Source: an uncultured bacterium
Lineage (GTDB): Bacteria; SAR324; NAC60-12
Reading direction: 5' to 3'
Assembly: GCA_965662845.1 (NCBI GenBank)
Contig: CBFIJD010000002.1
Location: 51,393 to 92,578 of the forward strand
DNA length: 41,186 bases
In this document: positions 38,170-41,186 of the stretch, one piece after another
Position numbering within the stretch: position 1 is the first letter of the stretch
Layout of the letters: every line of letters begins with the position of its first letter
The notes under the pieces: model-generated
Databases searched by the model: none
The model's input: only the letters and a program-made list of their open reading frames with translations
What the model was told of the DNA's origin: nothing
Program-made: the position numbers and the translations under genes

Positions 38170-39123
38170 ATGTTCATTGATGTTTTCAACGGCGACGCAG
38201 ACGGCCTCTGCGCTCTCCAACAGCTGCGTCTACAAAACCCTCGCGAGTCGACGTTGGTCACAGGGACGAAACGCGAGACCGCGCTTCTCAACCGGATCAC
38301 GGACGCCTCCCACGCCGAGATTACCGTCTTAGATGTCGCCCTGCGCGTCAATCGACCGGCGTTGGATCAACTGCTCGCTCAGAACAATCGCGTTGTGTTT
38401 GTGGATCACCACAACCCGGGCGACATCCCCGCGCATCCCCACCTTGAAGTCCACATTGACACCGACTCGAGTGTTTGCACTAGCCTGATTGTCGATCGGC
38501 TGCTTGATGGGAAATTTCATGCGTGGGCGCTCGTGGCGGCTTTCGGAGACAACTTACAAGAAGTCGGTGCTCAGCTTGCCGCGGTGGCCGGCTTTGCGAC
38601 GGATGAGACCAAGAAACTGCAGGAGATGGGGCTGCTGCTGAACTACAACGGATATGGACAACGTGTGGAAGATCTGTGGTTCTCGCCAGCAGAGCTGAGC
38701 CTTGCGCTGCGACCTCACCGAGACCCGCTGGCGTTTTATGCCGAGTCGCCTGTCTTCGCGAAGCTGCGTGCAGGCTACGCATCTGATCTACAACAGGCCA
38801 AGGAGCAGCCTCTGGTTCGTGAGACCGCAACGGTGCGCGGCGTCCGCTTTCCTGCAGAACCTTGGAGCCACCGCATTGTAGGCACGTTCAGCAACCAGAT
38901 GGCCACGGAAGATCCCCAACGGGCACAGGTCACTCTTGTGGACAACGGCGACAACACGCTGTTAGTCAGTCTGCGTGCGCCCCTAGAGCGTCCCTGGGGC
39001 GCGGACAGCGTCTGCTTGCAGTTTGAGGGAGGAGGGAGAAGTCGGGCGGCAGGCATCAAAAACCTGCCTGAGGAGGAGCTGTCCCGTTTTTGGGACGCGG
39101 TCGAAGCTCAATTTGCAGCCTGA
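38170..39123 (+). CDS. DHH family phosphoesterase
   Basis: DVFNGDADG, VLD, FVDHH, CTSL and GGGRSRAAG. The start was trimmed to ATG 38170. Confidence 0.85.
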   Translation: MFIDVFNGDADGLCALQQLRLQNPRESTLVTGTKRETALLNRITDASHAEITVLDVALRVNRPALDQLLAQNNRVVFVDHHNPGDIPAHPHLEVHIDTDSSVCTSLIVDRLLDGKFHAWALVAAFGDNLQEVGAQLAAVAGFATDETKKLQEMGLLLNYNGYGQRVEDLWFSPAELSLALRPHRDPLAFYAESPVFAKLRAGYASDLQQAKEQPLVRETATVRGVRFPAEPWSHRIVGTFSNQMATEDPQRAQVTLVDNGDNTLLVSLRAPLERPWGADSVCLQFEGGGRSRAAGIKNLPEEELSRFWDAVEAQFAA

Positions 39124-40455
39124 TTACTCTCCGGCTTCGGTGTACATCACCCGCGGTTGACCGGTCGAGTACAACACTTGACGCCAGAAGTCCCCGTGCG
39201 GATTGATCCGCTTCTTTTGTGCCGTCGCCGCTTCTAAAGGAACATGCGTGAAGTGGCTGTTCCAGTAGCCGATCATGATGTCCGTTTTGCCAGCCATGGC
39301 TGCGTGGACGGCATTCTCAGCCAAGTGATAGCAAAAGATCGCGTCATGCGGGTTCGCTGGCAGAGAGCGGATCAAGTAGCTGGGCTCAATCAATCGCACA
39401 CTCACTGGCGCCTTCCCCTTGAAATGCTTCACGATGCTCTCCTTCAAAAACTTGCCGATGTCGTGATAGCGCACGTTGCCTGACGGGTCGCGCTCCTCGA
39501 TCTTGCTCTTCATGAGGTACTGTCCCGCCCCTTCTGCCACGACAATTACAGAGTGCGGGTGCTGACCGCTGCGCTCCTTATCCGCAAAGCTCTGCTCCAT
39601 GGCTACGAGCAGTCCGTCTGGCCCATGCAAGTCAAAGCGGACTTCTGGAATCAAGACGAAGTTCACATCTGGACAAGCGAGCGATGTGTTCGCCGCGATA
39701 AAGCCGGAATCGCGTCCCATCAGCTTGATCACCACCACACCGTAGTGGGCGCCATACGCTTCCACATGAGCCGACTGCACGGCTTCTACGGCTTTAGAGA
39801 AAGCCGTCTCAAACCCAAAAGTCTTAGAGCAATAAGAGATGTCGTTGTCGATGGTTTTGGGGATGCCAATCACAGAGATTTTCAGGCCACGCGTTAAGAC
39901 CTCTTGGGCGATTTCATGGGCTCCCCGCAAGGTCCCATCACCTCCGATACAAAATAGCGCGTTGATGGAATTGCGCTCCAAGCAATCAACAATCTCTCCA
40001 ATGTCTTGAGGCCCGCGTGAGCTCGAGAGGATGCTCCCTCCTTGATAATGAATATTCTGGATGGAGTCGGGCGTGAGGTCTATCACCTCGTGGCGATACT
40101 TGGGAATGAACCCTTGATAGCCATAGCGAAACCCGGAGATGTGCTTGATTCCGTACTCGTGGCGCAGCTGCATGACCAGCGTGCGGATCACGTTGTTGAT
40201 GCCGGGGCACAGACCACCGCAGGTCACGATCCCTGCGCGGACTTTAGACGTATCAAAATAAATCCGCGCTCGAGGCCCTGCGGCTTCAAAGCTGAGCGGA
40301 GCTTCCAAATTGCAGGTCTCCGACATCACATCATACAGCACGCGTTGCCCGTCATGAGTAAAGCGGAAGTTCTTCTCGTCGGCATTTTCACTGAGGGGTA
40401 GCGGGGACGGAATGCGACACGGTCCCAAGTTCTTCACGTTCATTTGCTCAACCAT
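39124..40455 (-). CDS. pfkA: ATP-dependent 6-phosphofructokinase (long, group X-like type)
   Basis: IVTCGGLCPG, GGDGTLRG, PKTIDND and LMGRDSGFIA; AGGAG before ATG 40455. Confidence 0.93.
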   Translation of the reverse strand: MVEQMNVKNLGPCRIPSPLPLSENADEKNFRFTHDGQRVLYDVMSETCNLEAPLSFEAAGPRARIYFDTSKVRAGIVTCGGLCPGINNVIRTLVMQLRHEYGIKHISGFRYGYQGFIPKYRHEVIDLTPDSIQNIHYQGGSILSSSRGPQDIGEIVDCLERNSINALFCIGGDGTLRGAHEIAQEVLTRGLKISVIGIPKTIDNDISYCSKTFGFETAFSKAVEAVQSAHVEAYGAHYGVVVIKLMGRDSGFIAANTSLACPDVNFVLIPEVRFDLHGPDGLLVAMEQSFADKERSGQHPHSVIVVAEGAGQYLMKSKIEERDPSGNVRYHDIGKFLKESIVKHFKGKAPVSVRLIEPSYLIRSLPANPHDAIFCYHLAENAVHAAMAGKTDIMIGYWNSHFTHVPLEAATAQKKRINPHGDFWRQVLYSTGQPRVMYTEAGE

Positions 40456-40638
40456 CGGACTCCTTATGCTGAAATTGAGAGGTCTCCCTGACACAAAGAG
40501 GTAACACCTTTACGCGGATTCCACAATTTTCGGTTCGCTCTTTGCCTTGCTTGTCGATACATCAAGGTTGGTTCCAGCGTGCGCGGGCATCTGCATCGCG
40601 CGGAGGTATTGTTCATTTACGAATTTTTGGGGGGGCAC

Positions 40639-41186
40639 ATGAGCTCAGGTGTTGTTTCGATGGTGTTGGCAGGAGGGGAAGGAACCCGCCTGCATCCGTT
40701 AACCGCGGTGCGTGCAAAACCGTCTGTGCCGTTTGGCGGCAATTACCGAATTATTGACTTCGTGTTGAGTAATTTTATCAACTCTGGACTGCTGCGTGTG
40801 TTTGTGCTCACCCAGTTTAAGTCTCACTCGTTGATGCAGCACTTGCGGCAAGGATGGCGAGTCTCTGGGATCCCCAACGCCTTCATTGACCCCATCCCCG
40901 CGCAGATGCAGACGGGGAAGAAGTGGTATGAGGGCACTGCCGATGCGATCTATCAGAACCTCAACTTAATTTATGACGAAGACCCTGAGGTTGTCTGCGT
41001 GTTTGGCGGAGACCACATCTACAAGATGGAAATCCAGCAAATGCTCGACTTTCACCGGAAACGGGAAGCGGAGCTGACGGTCGCTGCGATTCCGGTCCCC
41101 CTGGCGGACGCTCATCAATTTGGGGTGATTGAGGTCGATGAGGAGTGGCGCATGATCAACTTCATTGAAAAGCCACAGTCTCCGCC
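40639..41186 (+). CDS. glgC: Glucose-1-phosphate adenylyltransferase (5' part, runs off the window; not in the ORF track)
   Basis: Translated by hand: MSSGVVSMVLAGGEGTRLHPLTAVRAKPSVPFGGNYRIIDFVLSNFINSG...WYEGTADAIYQN...GGDHIYKM. Confidence 0.96.
   Translation, partial: MSSGVVSMVLAGGEGTRLHPLTAVRAKPSVPFGGNYRIIDFVLSNFINSGLLRVFVLTQFKSHSLMQHLRQGWRVSGIPNAFIDPIPAQMQTGKKWYEGTADAIYQNLNLIYDEDPEVVCVFGGDHIYKMEIQQMLDFHRKREAELTVAAIPVPLADAHQFGVIEVDEEWRMINFIEKPQSP

Overview
Gene-dense bacterial chromosomal segment with a Deltaproteobacteria-like (possibly SAR324-type) gene complement; the taxonomy is inference only. From left to right: a composite REP/REPIN-like palindromic repeat block (1-572); an AEC transporter plus lutABC lactate-utilisation operon (-); a putative outer-membrane protein and minCDE (+); two alpha/beta hydrolases, yggU and msrP (-); a DUF218 protein, a UDP-glucuronate epimerase, an uncalled 55-aa membrane protein and a dus gene; phaR-gatB-ccmCDE-ntrY-like kinase (+); a 12.4-kb minus-strand signalling cluster (DUF3334/CheX-like, receiver-adenylate cyclase, sensor kinase, cheA, cheW, two MCPs, cheR, cheD, cheB); then panC, secA, bolA, aroC, a small membrane ORF, a DHH protein, pfkA and the 5' part of glgC. 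No rRNA, tRNA, CRISPR array or transposase was found. The best candidate for an undescribed system is the chemosensory cluster. It has no stand-alone CheY and its CheA has no recognisable P2 domain, so apart from CheB the only receiver domain is fused to a class III nucleotide cyclase. Both receptors carry the same atypical hairpin tip and symmetric 21-residue arm insertions, and one has a c-type heme (CxxCH) sensor domain. Also notable: four convergent gene pairs have stop codons that abut with exactly 0 bp between them.
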